Source: Cytophagales bacterium (GTDB lineage Bacteria; Bacteroidota; Bacteroidia; Cytophagales; JAAEPT01). Taken from it: a stretch of 64,000 nt of DNA. Below are positions 35,951 to 46,024 of this stretch, piece after piece (the stretch's first letter is position 1; every line of letters begins with the position of its first letter). The position numbers and the translations under genes were made by a program. Under the pieces are notes generated by a model, which saw only the letters and a list, made by a program, of their open reading frames with translations, was not told the DNA's origin and made no database searches. Location: NCBI GenBank assembly GCA_965267335.1, contig OZ253953.1, positions 3,994,662 through 4,058,661 of the forward strand, read 5' to 3'.

Positions 35951-36856
35951 ATGAAAAAATTTCTAAGCTACATATCGTTTTACTTCATCCTTCCTTATGT
36001 TATAATTTTATGCATATACCAATTGACAGTTGATATTCAGTGGGATTATTTACAAGACTGCCAAAAAAAGGAGGTTAACAGTAGTATTGATAAGATAAAT
36101 AACAGTAAACAGCGCTGTAATATTATTATTGGCGACTCAAGAGCGGCTGATGGTATAATTCCCTTTAATGATAACTGGTATAACCTGTCAATCCATGGTT
36201 CGGATTTTGTGACTGTATATTACTATCTAAGTAAGATCAAACCTGAGCTTATTGATACCATTATAATTTCATGTTGCCCTTTTAACTTCAATAGTGTCTC
36301 TCACCTGGGAATACTGGAAGAAATTATCAAAGTAGATACCCTTGAGTTGTCTCCAAGCTTACCCAGTGGCATAAAACTTTTTGATGATCATGACTATATC
36401 AGGGAATATATATTCTCTAAGAAGGTTATTGACTTCAAGAAAAATATCATAAACCGATCCAATGAACATCAAAAAAAATATGACTCCTTCTCCAAATATG
36501 GAATTTGGTGTTCAAACAAAAAAGATGGAAAAAAAGCATCTGTATCACAGGACGAGTTTAATAGCAATTGGAAATTCGAAGTGAATGCTCCCAACGAAAT
36601 CTGCTTTAACAAAATCGTTAATCGGTTTGGAAAATCTTACCTAGTTTACTCCACAAGTCCCCACTCAGAAAATGTCAAAGAAATTGACCAAAAGTATTTC
36701 AAGGAATTCGAAAATTTCGTTGCACCTAAATTGAATAAAACCTGCTTCTACCATTTTGAAAGATTACCGCACGACCTTTTTTCTGATGGTAGCCACATGA
36801 ACTTTGAAGGTGCCAAAATATGGTCGCAAAAAATCAGGAATGACCTCGCTAAATAG
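35951..36856 (+). CDS. membrane-anchored accessory protein, possible SGNH/AlgX-like acyl-transfer partner of the MBOAT
   Basis: 301 aa, starting 3 nt after the MBOAT stop. It has an N-terminal TM helix. IIIGDSRAADG resembles SGNH block I (GDS), and the C-terminal FSDGSHMNFEGAK resembles block V (DxxH). This assignment is inferred. Confidence 0.45.
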   Translation: MKKFLSYISFYFILPYVIILCIYQLTVDIQWDYLQDCQKKEVNSSIDKINNSKQRCNIIIGDSRAADGIIPFNDNWYNLSIHGSDFVTVYYYLSKIKPELIDTIIISCCPFNFNSVSHLGILEEIIKVDTLELSPSLPSGIKLFDDHDYIREYIFSKKVIDFKKNIINRSNEHQKKYDSFSKYGIWCSNKKDGKKASVSQDEFNSNWKFEVNAPNEICFNKIVNRFGKSYLVYSTSPHSENVKEIDQKYFKEFENFVAPKLNKTCFYHFERLPHDLFSDGSHMNFEGAKIWSQKIRNDLAK

Positions 36857-36882
36857 TAGTGAAAGAAAAGTCTTTAGCCCAA

Positions 36883-37794
36883 TTATTTTCGAAGTCTGAC
36901 CCTTGCCAAAATACTACCTGACACATTGTGCCACACACTAAAAATAGCTGATGGAACCCCAGTCAAAGCCTGAAAAGAAGCTGATTTTGCGATAACCGCG
37001 CCTAATCCTGAGTTTTGCATACCAACTTCTATAGCTATAGTTTTGGCATTGACAGAATTAGCACCAATCAATATAGCCAAGGCATATCCTATTACAAGTC
37101 CGAGTAAATTGTGCAACACTACCGCCCCTGCTACTATTAGCGGAGTCATTGCTAAAGAATCATGATTAGCGGCTAACAATCCAGCAACAATCAAACTAAT
37201 ACCAATTACCGATACTGCCGGAAATACCGGCTTCACTTTTTCAATATAAGTTTTGAGCCACAGCCTCAATATGATTCCACTTATGACTGGAATTAGCACA
37301 ACGATCAATGGCGTCTTCATCAATTGCCAAAATGATAACTGTACTTCAGCAGATAATAACCAATAAATAATTGCTGGTGTAACTAAGGGAGCCAACAAGG
37401 TGGAGACTAAAGTCATACTAATTGATAGTGGCACATTTCCTCTGGCGAGATATACAATCACATTACTGGCTGTACCTCCCGGGCAACAACCGATTACTAT
37501 TATTTCATAAGCATATTGGTTTTCCAAGCCAAAAGCAGCGCTTATTCCTAAAGCAAGTAAAGGCATGATAGTAAACTGAGCCGTCACCCCCAGCAATACA
37601 AGCCACTTATTTTCTACTACTGTAGAAAAATCCCTGGCATCGGTAGTTGCCCCCATTCCAAACATGATAACTCCCAACATCCAAATAATGTGAGGGCTCA
37701 CCCATAAAAACATCTCAGGAAATACAACAGAAAGGCCACTTATCAGTAGAATAACCCATAGAAATTGATCGGAAACAAACCTCAGCAAATACAT
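36883..37794 (-). CDS. bile acid:sodium symporter (BASS) family transporter
   Basis: 303 aa and multi-pass, with the signature GCCPGGTASNV. Confidence 0.85.
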   Translation of the reverse strand: MYLLRFVSDQFLWVILLISGLSVVFPEMFLWVSPHIIWMLGVIMFGMGATTDARDFSTVVENKWLVLLGVTAQFTIMPLLALGISAAFGLENQYAYEIIVIGCCPGGTASNVIVYLARGNVPLSISMTLVSTLLAPLVTPAIIYWLLSAEVQLSFWQLMKTPLIVVLIPVISGIILRLWLKTYIEKVKPVFPAVSVIGISLIVAGLLAANHDSLAMTPLIVAGAVVLHNLLGLVIGYALAILIGANSVNAKTIAIEVGMQNSGLGAVIAKSASFQALTGVPSAIFSVWHNVSGSILARVRLRK

Positions 37795-38016
37795 GAGGTA
37801 AACTTAAGAAAAATAATTTCCTTTGGTTCAGTCCGCCTCTTAGAACGATAGCAGATAAGAAACAGACAAAGCTGTAATCAAAAGAGCTGCCTTAAATGTT
37901 GCAATATGTAGATCGATATTCATGTACTTAAAACAAGGACCACAGAAAATACCCTAACTTGAATCAATTAATTTTGATGAACTTCATTAATTTAATGGTT
38001 TAATAAATAAACTACC

Positions 38017-39024
38017 ATGGCTGCCAACATTGCCAAAATCAACTATCTAAACATTGGGCTTATCCTTATTTCCTGCGTAGCAGCTTACATGATACCCTTC
38101 GAGTTATTCCTGATATCATATGCTGTTTTGGGACCATTGCATTATCTTACTGAAATTTCCTGGTTACACGAGCGCCAGTACTTCACCACTGCAAAATATG
38201 ATTTTGTATTTCTACTCGCACTTTGCATAACTCTTACGGTCGGAGCTTTCCTTTTTAACTATGCGCCTTGGGGCAACGGGATGATATTTATTGCTTTTTT
38301 CAGCGCTCCTTTACTTCTTTTGATAAAAAACATTCAACTAAAAATTTTTGGCTGCCTCGCATTAGTTATTACAGGAATAATGCTTTTCAATGGGCCAAGT
38401 AATTACCACTCTAACTGGTGGTGGATTCTGGTAATTTTGTTACCAACAGTAATACATGTTTACGTTTTTACGGGCGCCTTTATGCTGTACGGCTCCCTAA
38501 AAGAAAAGGGTAATACAGGATATGTTTCATTTGTCGTCTTTTTGATCTGCAGCCTAATATACTTCTTTTATGACCCTGGATTTGATTATCAAATTCACCC
38601 GATCGCATATGACAAATACGTGAGCGGCCCATTCTCCAGCGTTAATATTGCCATGTATAAGGTGTTTGACCTGGCAGATGTACAAACCAGTGATAGAAGG
38701 ATCTTCCATATCTTCTATACTGACCTCGGTATAACGATTATGCGGTTTATTGCCTTTGCTTATACATACCATTATTTAAACTGGTTTTCTAAAACCACTA
38801 TTATCGGCTGGCACAAGCAATCAAAACTAAGACTCGGTATTATAGCAGCTCTGTGGATAGCCTCCGTAACTTTGTATTACCTGGATTATAGTATGGGCTT
38901 CAAGTGGTTATTCATGCTAAGTATGCTGCACGTCTTTCTGGAGTTTCCCCTTAATTACAAAACTTTTATCACCATTGGCCAGGGAATTGGCAATACTATT
39001 GCTGGTAAAAGACAAAGTGTGTAA
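38017..39024 (+). CDS. polytopic membrane protein of unknown function
   Basis: 335 aa with about 8-9 hydrophobic helices. It abuts the downstream GH5 gene, with overlap at 39024. Confidence 0.55.
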   Translation: MAANIAKINYLNIGLILISCVAAYMIPFELFLISYAVLGPLHYLTEISWLHERQYFTTAKYDFVFLLALCITLTVGAFLFNYAPWGNGMIFIAFFSAPLLLLIKNIQLKIFGCLALVITGIMLFNGPSNYHSNWWWILVILLPTVIHVYVFTGAFMLYGSLKEKGNTGYVSFVVFLICSLIYFFYDPGFDYQIHPIAYDKYVSGPFSSVNIAMYKVFDLADVQTSDRRIFHIFYTDLGITIMRFIAFAYTYHYLNWFSKTTIIGWHKQSKLRLGIIAALWIASVTLYYLDYSMGFKWLFMLSMLHVFLEFPLNYKTFITIGQGIGNTIAGKRQSV

Positions 39025-40625
39025 TGGTCGTAATGAAAAATATCCTTTTTGTACTAGTCTTATTCAGTCAACTGTCATTTGCCCAGGATGATTTTGTCAA
39101 AGTAAGTGGAAAACACCTCACGAAAGGTAATAATACCATTCAGCTGAGAGGAGTATGCTTTGGTAACGAGGTCTGGTCTGATACCGAAATACCTACCAAC
39201 CATCACAGTGAACTTGATTATGAAAAACTCAAGGAAATGGGGTTAAATACTGTAAGATTTTACCTCAACTACCGCACCTTCGAAGACGATGACAATCCTT
39301 ATAACTACAAAGAAGACGGCTGGAAGTGGCTAGACCAAAACATCAAATGGGCTAAGCGAAACAACATTCACCTTATTCTCAATATGCACATACCTCAAGG
39401 TGGCTTTCAAAGTTTAGGTGATGGAGTAAAACTTTGGGAGAATAAAAACCTTCAGTCGAGATTCGTTAAACTTTGGAAAGCTATCGCCTCCCGGTATGCC
39501 GATGAACCTACTATTGCAGGGTATGATTTGCTCAACGAACCTGGTGTAACTGACTCTATTGGTCAGTGGAAATCACTAGCACAAAGAACTGTCAGTTCGA
39601 TAAGGACAGTAGATAAAAACCATGCTATAATCATTGAAAGAGTAAATTCAATTGCGAAAAGTTGGGTGTCAACCGATGAAAATCAAAACTTCTTTAAGTT
39701 GGATGATGACAACATCATATATACCTTCCACTTTTATGACCCAATCGAGTATACGCATCAGAATACTCCCTGGACCGGATTGGGTGAAGGAGGCAAGTAC
39801 CCTGATAAGGACATCAACGAATTTCCGTCTGACTTGAAGTGGTACAGTGCCAACTTCGACAACCAGAAAATTGATTGGGGAAACAATGTGCTATGGAAAT
39901 ACTATGAGGGAAAACCCTACAAAATCACTGATGAATTTATTAAGGTAGCAAAGCCGGTTCTGGTAGCCAATAATAACTCCGGTAAAGTGCTATTTGGTTC
40001 TGTAACTATCAAAGAATATGACCCTAGTGGAAAATATGTGCGCGATATTATGAGCACAGAAATCGCAAAACTCAAAGGTTGGAATTTTTGGTCAAAAAAC
40101 GGTAAAGGCAACTTTGGAACAGTTTTCAACTATGGTGTCGAGAACAAAAGTGCAGTATATATAGAAAACACGTCCAGCGATGCAAACTGCTATAATAATT
40201 CCTTGAGATTTATACCAAAATACGGTTATATGTATACGGTGAGCGGTTGGGCAAAAGGTGAGGCAATACCACCTGAAGCCATCTGTATGTTCCGGTTCGA
40301 TTTTGAAACCACAGCAAGTGAAATTAAAGACATAGGCCGCACTAAAGAATACCTCGAGAATCAAATAAAAAAATACCTGGCCTTTCAGGAAAAGTGTAGT
40401 GTCCCTATTTATGTTGGTGAATTTGGGTTATATAAAGACTGCTTCGACAAGCGAAGAGGTGGTGTTAACTGGGTTAGTGATGTTCTGGAAATTCTCACTA
40501 AGTATAATATCAGCTATACCTATCATGCCTGGAATGAAGATGCTTTTGGTATATATCCACGGGGTTTGGCTAATGAACGGGAGGCAAACAAAAAATTACT
40601 CGAAGTGTTGTATAATAAAAAATAG
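39024..40625 (+). CDS. glycoside hydrolase family 5 (cellulase-type) with an inserted beta-sandwich domain
   Basis: 533 aa with signal peptide ILFVLVLFSQLSFAQ. The acid/base motif is GYDLLNEP (E172). The nucleophile motif is IYVGEFG (E466). HAWNEDAFG lies near the C-terminus. Confidence 0.8.
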   Translation: MVVMKNILFVLVLFSQLSFAQDDFVKVSGKHLTKGNNTIQLRGVCFGNEVWSDTEIPTNHHSELDYEKLKEMGLNTVRFYLNYRTFEDDDNPYNYKEDGWKWLDQNIKWAKRNNIHLILNMHIPQGGFQSLGDGVKLWENKNLQSRFVKLWKAIASRYADEPTIAGYDLLNEPGVTDSIGQWKSLAQRTVSSIRTVDKNHAIIIERVNSIAKSWVSTDENQNFFKLDDDNIIYTFHFYDPIEYTHQNTPWTGLGEGGKYPDKDINEFPSDLKWYSANFDNQKIDWGNNVLWKYYEGKPYKITDEFIKVAKPVLVANNNSGKVLFGSVTIKEYDPSGKYVRDIMSTEIAKLKGWNFWSKNGKGNFGTVFNYGVENKSAVYIENTSSDANCYNNSLRFIPKYGYMYTVSGWAKGEAIPPEAICMFRFDFETTASEIKDIGRTKEYLENQIKKYLAFQEKCSVPIYVGEFGLYKDCFDKRRGGVNWVSDVLEILTKYNISYTYHAWNEDAFGIYPRGLANEREANKKLLEVLYNKK

Positions 40626-40673
40626 AAGGTTGTAATATAACCAACCTTCTATACCAATTATCCTTATTTAAAT

Positions 40674-40952
40674 CTATGCCAGGGAAACTTTTCTGTCTTG
40701 GCTTGATGGTTGCTCTGCAGTCTTTTCAACTTTTCCCTTTGTTTCTTTTGGTTCCTTGCGCGGACAAGTCCTCATTCCTAGTATGGCATAAAGAGGGCAC
40801 CAATTTGCCCAACTTGTAATCAACATGATAAGTGCCACAAAAAATGCTATTACGGTCCAAAACCCAACAAACCCATTCATAAAGACCACAATGGTAAGAA
40901 TTAAACCAAGTACGGATCTGAAACCTTTATCTTCACTTCCTACATTTCTCAT
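40674..40952 (-). CDS. DUF2892 (YgaP-like) small membrane protein
   Basis: 92 aa with two TM helices and the motif WANWCPLYAILGMRTC. Confidence 0.7.
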   Translation of the reverse strand: MRNVGSEDKGFRSVLGLILTIVVFMNGFVGFWTVIAFFVALIMLITSWANWCPLYAILGMRTCPRKEPKETKGKVEKTAEQPSSQDRKVSLA

Positions 40953-41235
40953 AATTAAGATGTTTTGATTTATGTCAAAGTTGCCCTATATGCTCTTATA
41001 GTCACAGACCATTCATCAGGATAAAACATGACTTTTGTTAGTTTTGAAGTTTGCAAGCATAGCTGCCTGGTTACCATTTCACATATCTGTTCGGTACTGA
41101 AGTGTACAACATTTTTAAAAAGGATTTTAAAGAGAAAAATCTGAAGATGGTATCACTTTTTCTGACCCTGCCCGGAAGTCAGCCTCTTTTGATGATCACT
41201 TGACCTCCTTAATTGTTAACCAAAGACTATCAGAT

Positions 41236-42573
41236 ATGAAAAAAACTACCAGAACAACAACGGTTATTTTCGGGCTCATTTTGTTTTTGTTAAACTCTGC
41301 TGCTTTTGCAGCTGATTACTTCTGGGTCGGTGGCTCAGGAAGTTGGTCCGATTACGCCACGCATTGGGCAACTACATCGGGAGGTAGCACCTTTCACACT
41401 CAAGCTCCCACAACCTCAGACGATGTCTACTTTGACGCTAATTCTTTTACCTCAACAGGTCAAGGAATTGTCAGTGACGGATTGCTGAACTTCCAGAACA
41501 TGGATTGGTCCAATGTCACTAACTCACCCTTTTTTGACTGGGTTCACTCAACCAATTGCAACGGATCTATCACAATGTCACCAAATATGTCAGTAGCCCA
41601 TAATGGCATCATTTATTTTCAAAGTTCCGGAACAAGCTCCTTCACAACTGCGGGACATACATTTGATATCATTACAATAGATTTTTCTGCTGGCACAGTA
41701 AATTTGATGGACAACCTGAATGCGAGCTCCTTTTCAATCAGTAACGGTGTATTTAATTCGAATGGAAACGATATCGATTTATCTGGGTCGTTTTTTGTCA
41801 ATTACTATAATGGTTCACCCACCATTTCAATGTTCTACTCCAGTATAAACTGCAATGAATGGAGAGTAGAAGGAAACCCCGGCATATTTTCTGCGACCGT
41901 AAGCATGGGTTATACAATACTTACTCTTGACAATACCGCCACCTATTTCAAAGGAGATGGCCAAACTTACGATGCCGTTATCTTTTCAGATTTAAGTAGT
42001 GGCTTTTATGTAGAGGGAGATAATACATTTGGGTCCTTAACAGTTGAAGGTGGTAATGCCGTAGAGTTTACCAGCGGAACAACACAGCAAATTACTTCCT
42101 TACTAAACTTGAATAGCACTTCAGTTGCCGGTATTTCATTAACATCATCTTCCCCCCCAAATCAGGCAACTCTAAATATTCCATCATCTGTATGTGCTGA
42201 ATACTTAAGTATCCAAGACATGGAAATAACCGGTTCCACACTTACAGCGGGAACGGGTTCAACGGACAACGGTAATAATTCAGGAATTACTTTCTCAGGA
42301 ACGGATTGTAATCCGGTTGCTGCCTTAACAAACTCTGAAGATATTGGCATTACAGCATTTCCAAATCCTGTTGAAAACATACTTACTATATCTAATGAGT
42401 CCGGCTCTACTGCGGACATTAGCCTTTATCAAATTGACGGAAGTGAAATACTTTCAAAAACATCTGCCGCTTCATTTACAAAAATAGATTGCTCCGGTTT
42501 ATCCAGCGGATTATATGTCCTGCAAGTTAAGCTCGGAACAACTCTGCACACTGAAAAAATAATTGTTGATTAA
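41236..42573 (+). CDS. secreted protein with a T9SS C-terminal sorting domain (adhesin/beta-helix-like)
   Basis: The ATG at 41236 gives signal peptide MKKTTRTTTVIFGLILFLLNSAAFA. ADYFWVGGSGSWSDYATHWATTSGG is typical of beta-helix surface proteins. The C-terminus is AFPNPVENILTIS...LYVLQVKLGTTLHTEKIIVD. Confidence 0.8.
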   Translation: MKKTTRTTTVIFGLILFLLNSAAFAADYFWVGGSGSWSDYATHWATTSGGSTFHTQAPTTSDDVYFDANSFTSTGQGIVSDGLLNFQNMDWSNVTNSPFFDWVHSTNCNGSITMSPNMSVAHNGIIYFQSSGTSSFTTAGHTFDIITIDFSAGTVNLMDNLNASSFSISNGVFNSNGNDIDLSGSFFVNYYNGSPTISMFYSSINCNEWRVEGNPGIFSATVSMGYTILTLDNTATYFKGDGQTYDAVIFSDLSSGFYVEGDNTFGSLTVEGGNAVEFTSGTTQQITSLLNLNSTSVAGISLTSSSPPNQATLNIPSSVCAEYLSIQDMEITGSTLTAGTGSTDNGNNSGITFSGTDCNPVAALTNSEDIGITAFPNPVENILTISNESGSTADISLYQIDGSEILSKTSAASFTKIDCSGLSSGLYVLQVKLGTTLHTEKIIVD

Positions 42574-42600
42574 AGGCAGGGTCAACAATTTGTTATAAGA

Positions 42601-42631
42601 CCACCGTGGGGAAACCTGCGGTGGTTTTTTT
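42601..42631 (+). terminator. rho-independent terminator
   Basis: ccaccg (42601-42606) pairs with cggtgg (42619-42624), followed by ttttttt. Confidence 0.7.
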
Positions 42632-42731
42632 ATGACTTCAACCCCCAGTAATTTGTGTTGTAATTCCCTTAATTTGTGTGCAACAAAAAACCGAATATTG
42701 CCCACCTTTGTCATGAATCAAAGCCAAAGTC

Positions 42732-43640
42732 ATGTCTGATCAAATATTTGAAATAAAATCAATCAGCCAGGCGCACGAAATTTTTGGATTGCCAAAACCA
42801 AAGCATCCATTGGTAAGCCTTTTGGATGTCAAACAAATAGATAAGTCAAAATTTCCGATAGGCACCAGAATATCAAATGGCTTCTACACCATCTGGCTAA
42901 AGGACACAAGTTGCGGTGTTCAATACGGGCGCAATCATTTCGATTTTGATAGTGGGGTAATGGTCTTTACCGCTCCCGGACAAGTAATGTCCGTAATTGA
43001 AGAACCTGATTCTGCGAATGACCGAGGATGGATTCTATCATTCCATCCCGACCTTATTCGGAAATCACCACTGGGAGAAAAAATCGATTCATTCACCTTT
43101 TTCTCCTACGAAAGTTTTGAAGCCCTACATCTGTCAGAAGAGGAGGAAGAAGAAATCACAGACTGCGCCTTCAAAATCAAAAAAGAATATGATCAACGCA
43201 TAGATAATCATAGCCAGCAGGTTATAACTACAGCTCTTGACCTATTGCTAAGCTATTGCAGCCGTTATTATGAGCGCCAGTTCAATACAAGAACCAATCA
43301 ACATCAGGACTTCGTTGGGGTGGTCGAAAAAGAATTGAAGAAGTACCTGAGCACCAATCAGGCGGTAGAGTATGGTCCGCCAAGTATTCACTATCTGGCA
43401 GATAAAGTAAATCTTTCTTCAGGCTACTTAAGCGATATGCTGAAAAAAGAAACCGGTAAAAGTGGTAAGGATTATATCAATTATCATCTGGTAGAGCAAG
43501 CCAAAAACATCTTACTAAGTACCGACCAAACAGTGAATGAAGTGGCATATAACTTAGGGTTCAATTACCCACATTACTTCAGCCGGTTATTCAAGGCAAA
43601 GACTGGGATGTCACCTCTTGAGTACAGAAGTCAGAATTAG
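42732..43640 (+). CDS. AraC-family transcriptional regulator
   Basis: 302 aa with a C-terminal HTH pair, VAYNLGFNYPHYFSRLFKAKTGMSPLEYR. Confidence 0.9.
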   Translation: MSDQIFEIKSISQAHEIFGLPKPKHPLVSLLDVKQIDKSKFPIGTRISNGFYTIWLKDTSCGVQYGRNHFDFDSGVMVFTAPGQVMSVIEEPDSANDRGWILSFHPDLIRKSPLGEKIDSFTFFSYESFEALHLSEEEEEEITDCAFKIKKEYDQRIDNHSQQVITTALDLLLSYCSRYYERQFNTRTNQHQDFVGVVEKELKKYLSTNQAVEYGPPSIHYLADKVNLSSGYLSDMLKKETGKSGKDYINYHLVEQAKNILLSTDQTVNEVAYNLGFNYPHYFSRLFKAKTGMSPLEYRSQN

Positions 43641-43903
43641 CTATAATACTTATCTGAGCCAAAAGATGCATAGTCACAAAACGCTGGAATCATAAATAGA
43701 TCGCGGCACTCTGTTCTATTTCAAAAAAGGATAATACGGACCTAGGAACCTTTTGTAGATGCCTTTCTAGTTGACAGATGGAAGGTGTGAAATGGGCTAT
43801 CAAATCCAAAGAACCGGAAAAAGTGTTTAGTACTCAGTGATCAGTGATCAATAACCGAATTTTAAACTCCCAACTTTACATTATCACAAAAAACGAAATT
43901 ATC

Positions 43904-44974
43904 ATGACGCAAATAGATAAAACAAAACCCGTACTAGTAACAGGAGCCACCGGATACATAGCCGGTTGGTTAGTCAAAAGACTATTGGAAGATGGTATCA
44001 CCGTGCACGCTGCTGTAAGAGACCCGCAACGTGAAGACAAAATCGCTCACCTTAATGATATTGCTGCCAAGTCGAGCGGTGAGATAAAATATTTTAAGTC
44101 CGATTTATTGGACCAGGGTTCATATGCAGAAGCCATGGAAGGGTGCGAACTGGTATTTCATACTGCATCCCCTTTCACTTCAAATTATAAAGACCCTCAG
44201 AAAGAACTGATTGATCCTGCTGTGAAAGGAACAGAGAATGTTCTCGAACAGGCAAACAAGACGTCTTCCGTAAAAAGAGTCGTACTTACCAGTAGTTGTG
44301 CGGCAATCTATACAGATGCCATCGATTGCCAAAGTGCCCCTAACGGTATACTTACAGAGGAGGTCTGGAACTCTACATCATCATTGAAACACCAACCCTA
44401 TTCACACTCCAAGTTCCTCGCAGAAAAACGAGCGTGGGAAATTAACAAAGCCCAGGACCGCTGGGACATGGTCACGATAAATCCCGCAATGGTATTGGGA
44501 CCAGCACTCAATGCAAAAGTCATCACTTCTGAAAGTTATAGCATTCTGAAACAAATGGGGGATGGCACCTTCAAATCCGGTGTGCCTAAAATTGGTATTG
44601 GATTCGTTGATGTACGTGAGGTTGCCGATGCACATTATGTTGCTGGCTTTACTCCTGAAGCACAAGGCAGGCATATCACCAGCGGATACAACACAAACTT
44701 TCTTGAGCTAGCGAAACTTTTGCTTCCCAAATACGGTGATAAGTACCCAATCCCTAGGAAAGCCTTACCAAAGTGGTTATTGATGTTAGTTGGCCCTTTG
44801 ATGAACAAAATGATCACCCGTAAAATGCTTAGAAACAATCTTAACATTGAATGGAAAGCCGACAATTCAAAAATCAAAAGAGAGCTGGGTATTAAATTCC
44901 GTCCGATGAAGGAGACTATGGAAGAATCTTTTCAGGTATTGATTGACAATGGGATTATTAAGCCCAGGAAGTAA
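43904..44974 (+). CDS. NAD(P)-dependent SDR-family reductase (epimerase/dehydratase, dihydroflavonol/cinnamoyl-CoA reductase-like)
   Basis: The ATG at 43904 gives MTQIDKTKPVLVTGATGYIAGWLVKRLL, a Rossmann motif. The catalytic YxxxK is YSHSK. Confidence 0.85.
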   Translation: MTQIDKTKPVLVTGATGYIAGWLVKRLLEDGITVHAAVRDPQREDKIAHLNDIAAKSSGEIKYFKSDLLDQGSYAEAMEGCELVFHTASPFTSNYKDPQKELIDPAVKGTENVLEQANKTSSVKRVVLTSSCAAIYTDAIDCQSAPNGILTEEVWNSTSSLKHQPYSHSKFLAEKRAWEINKAQDRWDMVTINPAMVLGPALNAKVITSESYSILKQMGDGTFKSGVPKIGIGFVDVREVADAHYVAGFTPEAQGRHITSGYNTNFLELAKLLLPKYGDKYPIPRKALPKWLLMLVGPLMNKMITRKMLRNNLNIEWKADNSKIKRELGIKFRPMKETMEESFQVLIDNGIIKPRK

Positions 44975-45010
44975 CATTCAAAGTTTACCAATTAGAAACA
45001 AATTGTAATA

Positions 45011-45025
45011 TTGACATTGAGTCAA
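45011..45025. promoter_or_regulatory. perfect palindrome TTGAC-N5-GTCAA upstream of the MerR gene (candidate operator)
   Basis: The sequence is ttgacattgagtcaa, 69 nt upstream of the MerR-family start. A second TTGACT lies at 45046-45051. Function is inferred only. Confidence 0.25.
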
Positions 45026-45093
45026 ACAAAAAGTAAAAAAAAGACTTGACTCTAACGTAACGTGATACCCTTTCTTTGTCTTATCAATAGATT

Positions 45094-45867
45094 ATGTCAA
45101 TGAAAAAGTATTCAGCAAATGATTTGTCAAAATTAGCAGGAGTAAGTGTGCGCACCTTACACCACTATGATGACATAGGCTTACTAAAACCTGCACTTAG
45201 AAGTGAATCCGGTTATAGATTTTATGGGGAAAATGAATTATTAAAACTCCAGCAAATCCTTTTTTACAAAGAACTGGAACTTCCTCTAAAAGAAATCCAG
45301 GTTATCATGAGTCGTCCGGACTTTGATTTGATCAAAGCATTGGAAGACCACAAAGTAGCACTCACTTCCAAACGGAAAAGAATTGCTGTAATGCTTCAAA
45401 CGATTGACAAAACTATTTCAAACTTAAAAGACAAAAAAATGATCACGAATGAAGAATTATACGAAGGGTTTCCAAAAGAGGAAGCTGAACGGGTTCGCAA
45501 CCAGGCCATTGAGCTTTATGGTAAAGAAGCTATCGCTACGAGTGAAAATTCCCTCAAGAAACTGACAACAGAAGAGCTCCAACAACTGAAGGATGAACAG
45601 AAAAGTGTTTTTCGGGACCTTTTTAATCTTTCACATATGGAGCCCGATTCGGCAGATGTGCAATTTCAGATCGCAAGACATTATAAGAATGTCCGAAAAT
45701 TCTGGGGCACAGATGGCGCAGAGGATCCACAAAAAGCACAGTACAAAGGTTTAGGTCAACTCTATATTGATGATGAACGATTTACGAGGATCGATGGAAA
45801 GCCTCAACCGGAATTTGGTGAGTTTCTTTCGAGGGCCATGGCTCATTTTGTCAAAACTCAGTTGTAG
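45094..45867 (+). CDS. MerR-family regulator with a TipAS-like antibiotic-recognition domain
   Basis: 257 aa. The N-terminal HTH is YSANDLSKLAGVSVRTLHHYDDIGLLKP. The long C-terminal helical domain is like TipAS/Mta. Confidence 0.85.
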   Translation: MSMKKYSANDLSKLAGVSVRTLHHYDDIGLLKPALRSESGYRFYGENELLKLQQILFYKELELPLKEIQVIMSRPDFDLIKALEDHKVALTSKRKRIAVMLQTIDKTISNLKDKKMITNEELYEGFPKEEAERVRNQAIELYGKEAIATSENSLKKLTTEELQQLKDEQKSVFRDLFNLSHMEPDSADVQFQIARHYKNVRKFWGTDGAEDPQKAQYKGLGQLYIDDERFTRIDGKPQPEFGEFLSRAMAHFVKTQL

Positions 45868-45922
45868 ATAACTAACCGTACATTGCGTGGATATTGTTCA
45901 CGACTTATTGCTAAAAGTAATT

Positions 45923-45960
45923 TCACTACCCTATCCAATGATTTAGGGTAGTGATTTTTA
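45923..45960 (+). terminator. rho-independent terminator
   Basis: tcactaccct (45923-45932) pairs with agggtagtga (45945-45954), followed by ttttt. Confidence 0.7.
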
Positions 45961-46024
45961 AGAGATAGAATTCGGAGTTAATCCATTTGGAAAACTATCT
46001 TTACGCTCTGCAAAAAACCAAACA

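Noticed and set aside
43834-43850. Tandem TCAGTGA TCAGTGA TCA about 55 nt upstream of the SDR gene, a possible AraC-regulator site
   Set aside because: It is too short to tell apart from chance, and no second site or known motif supports it.
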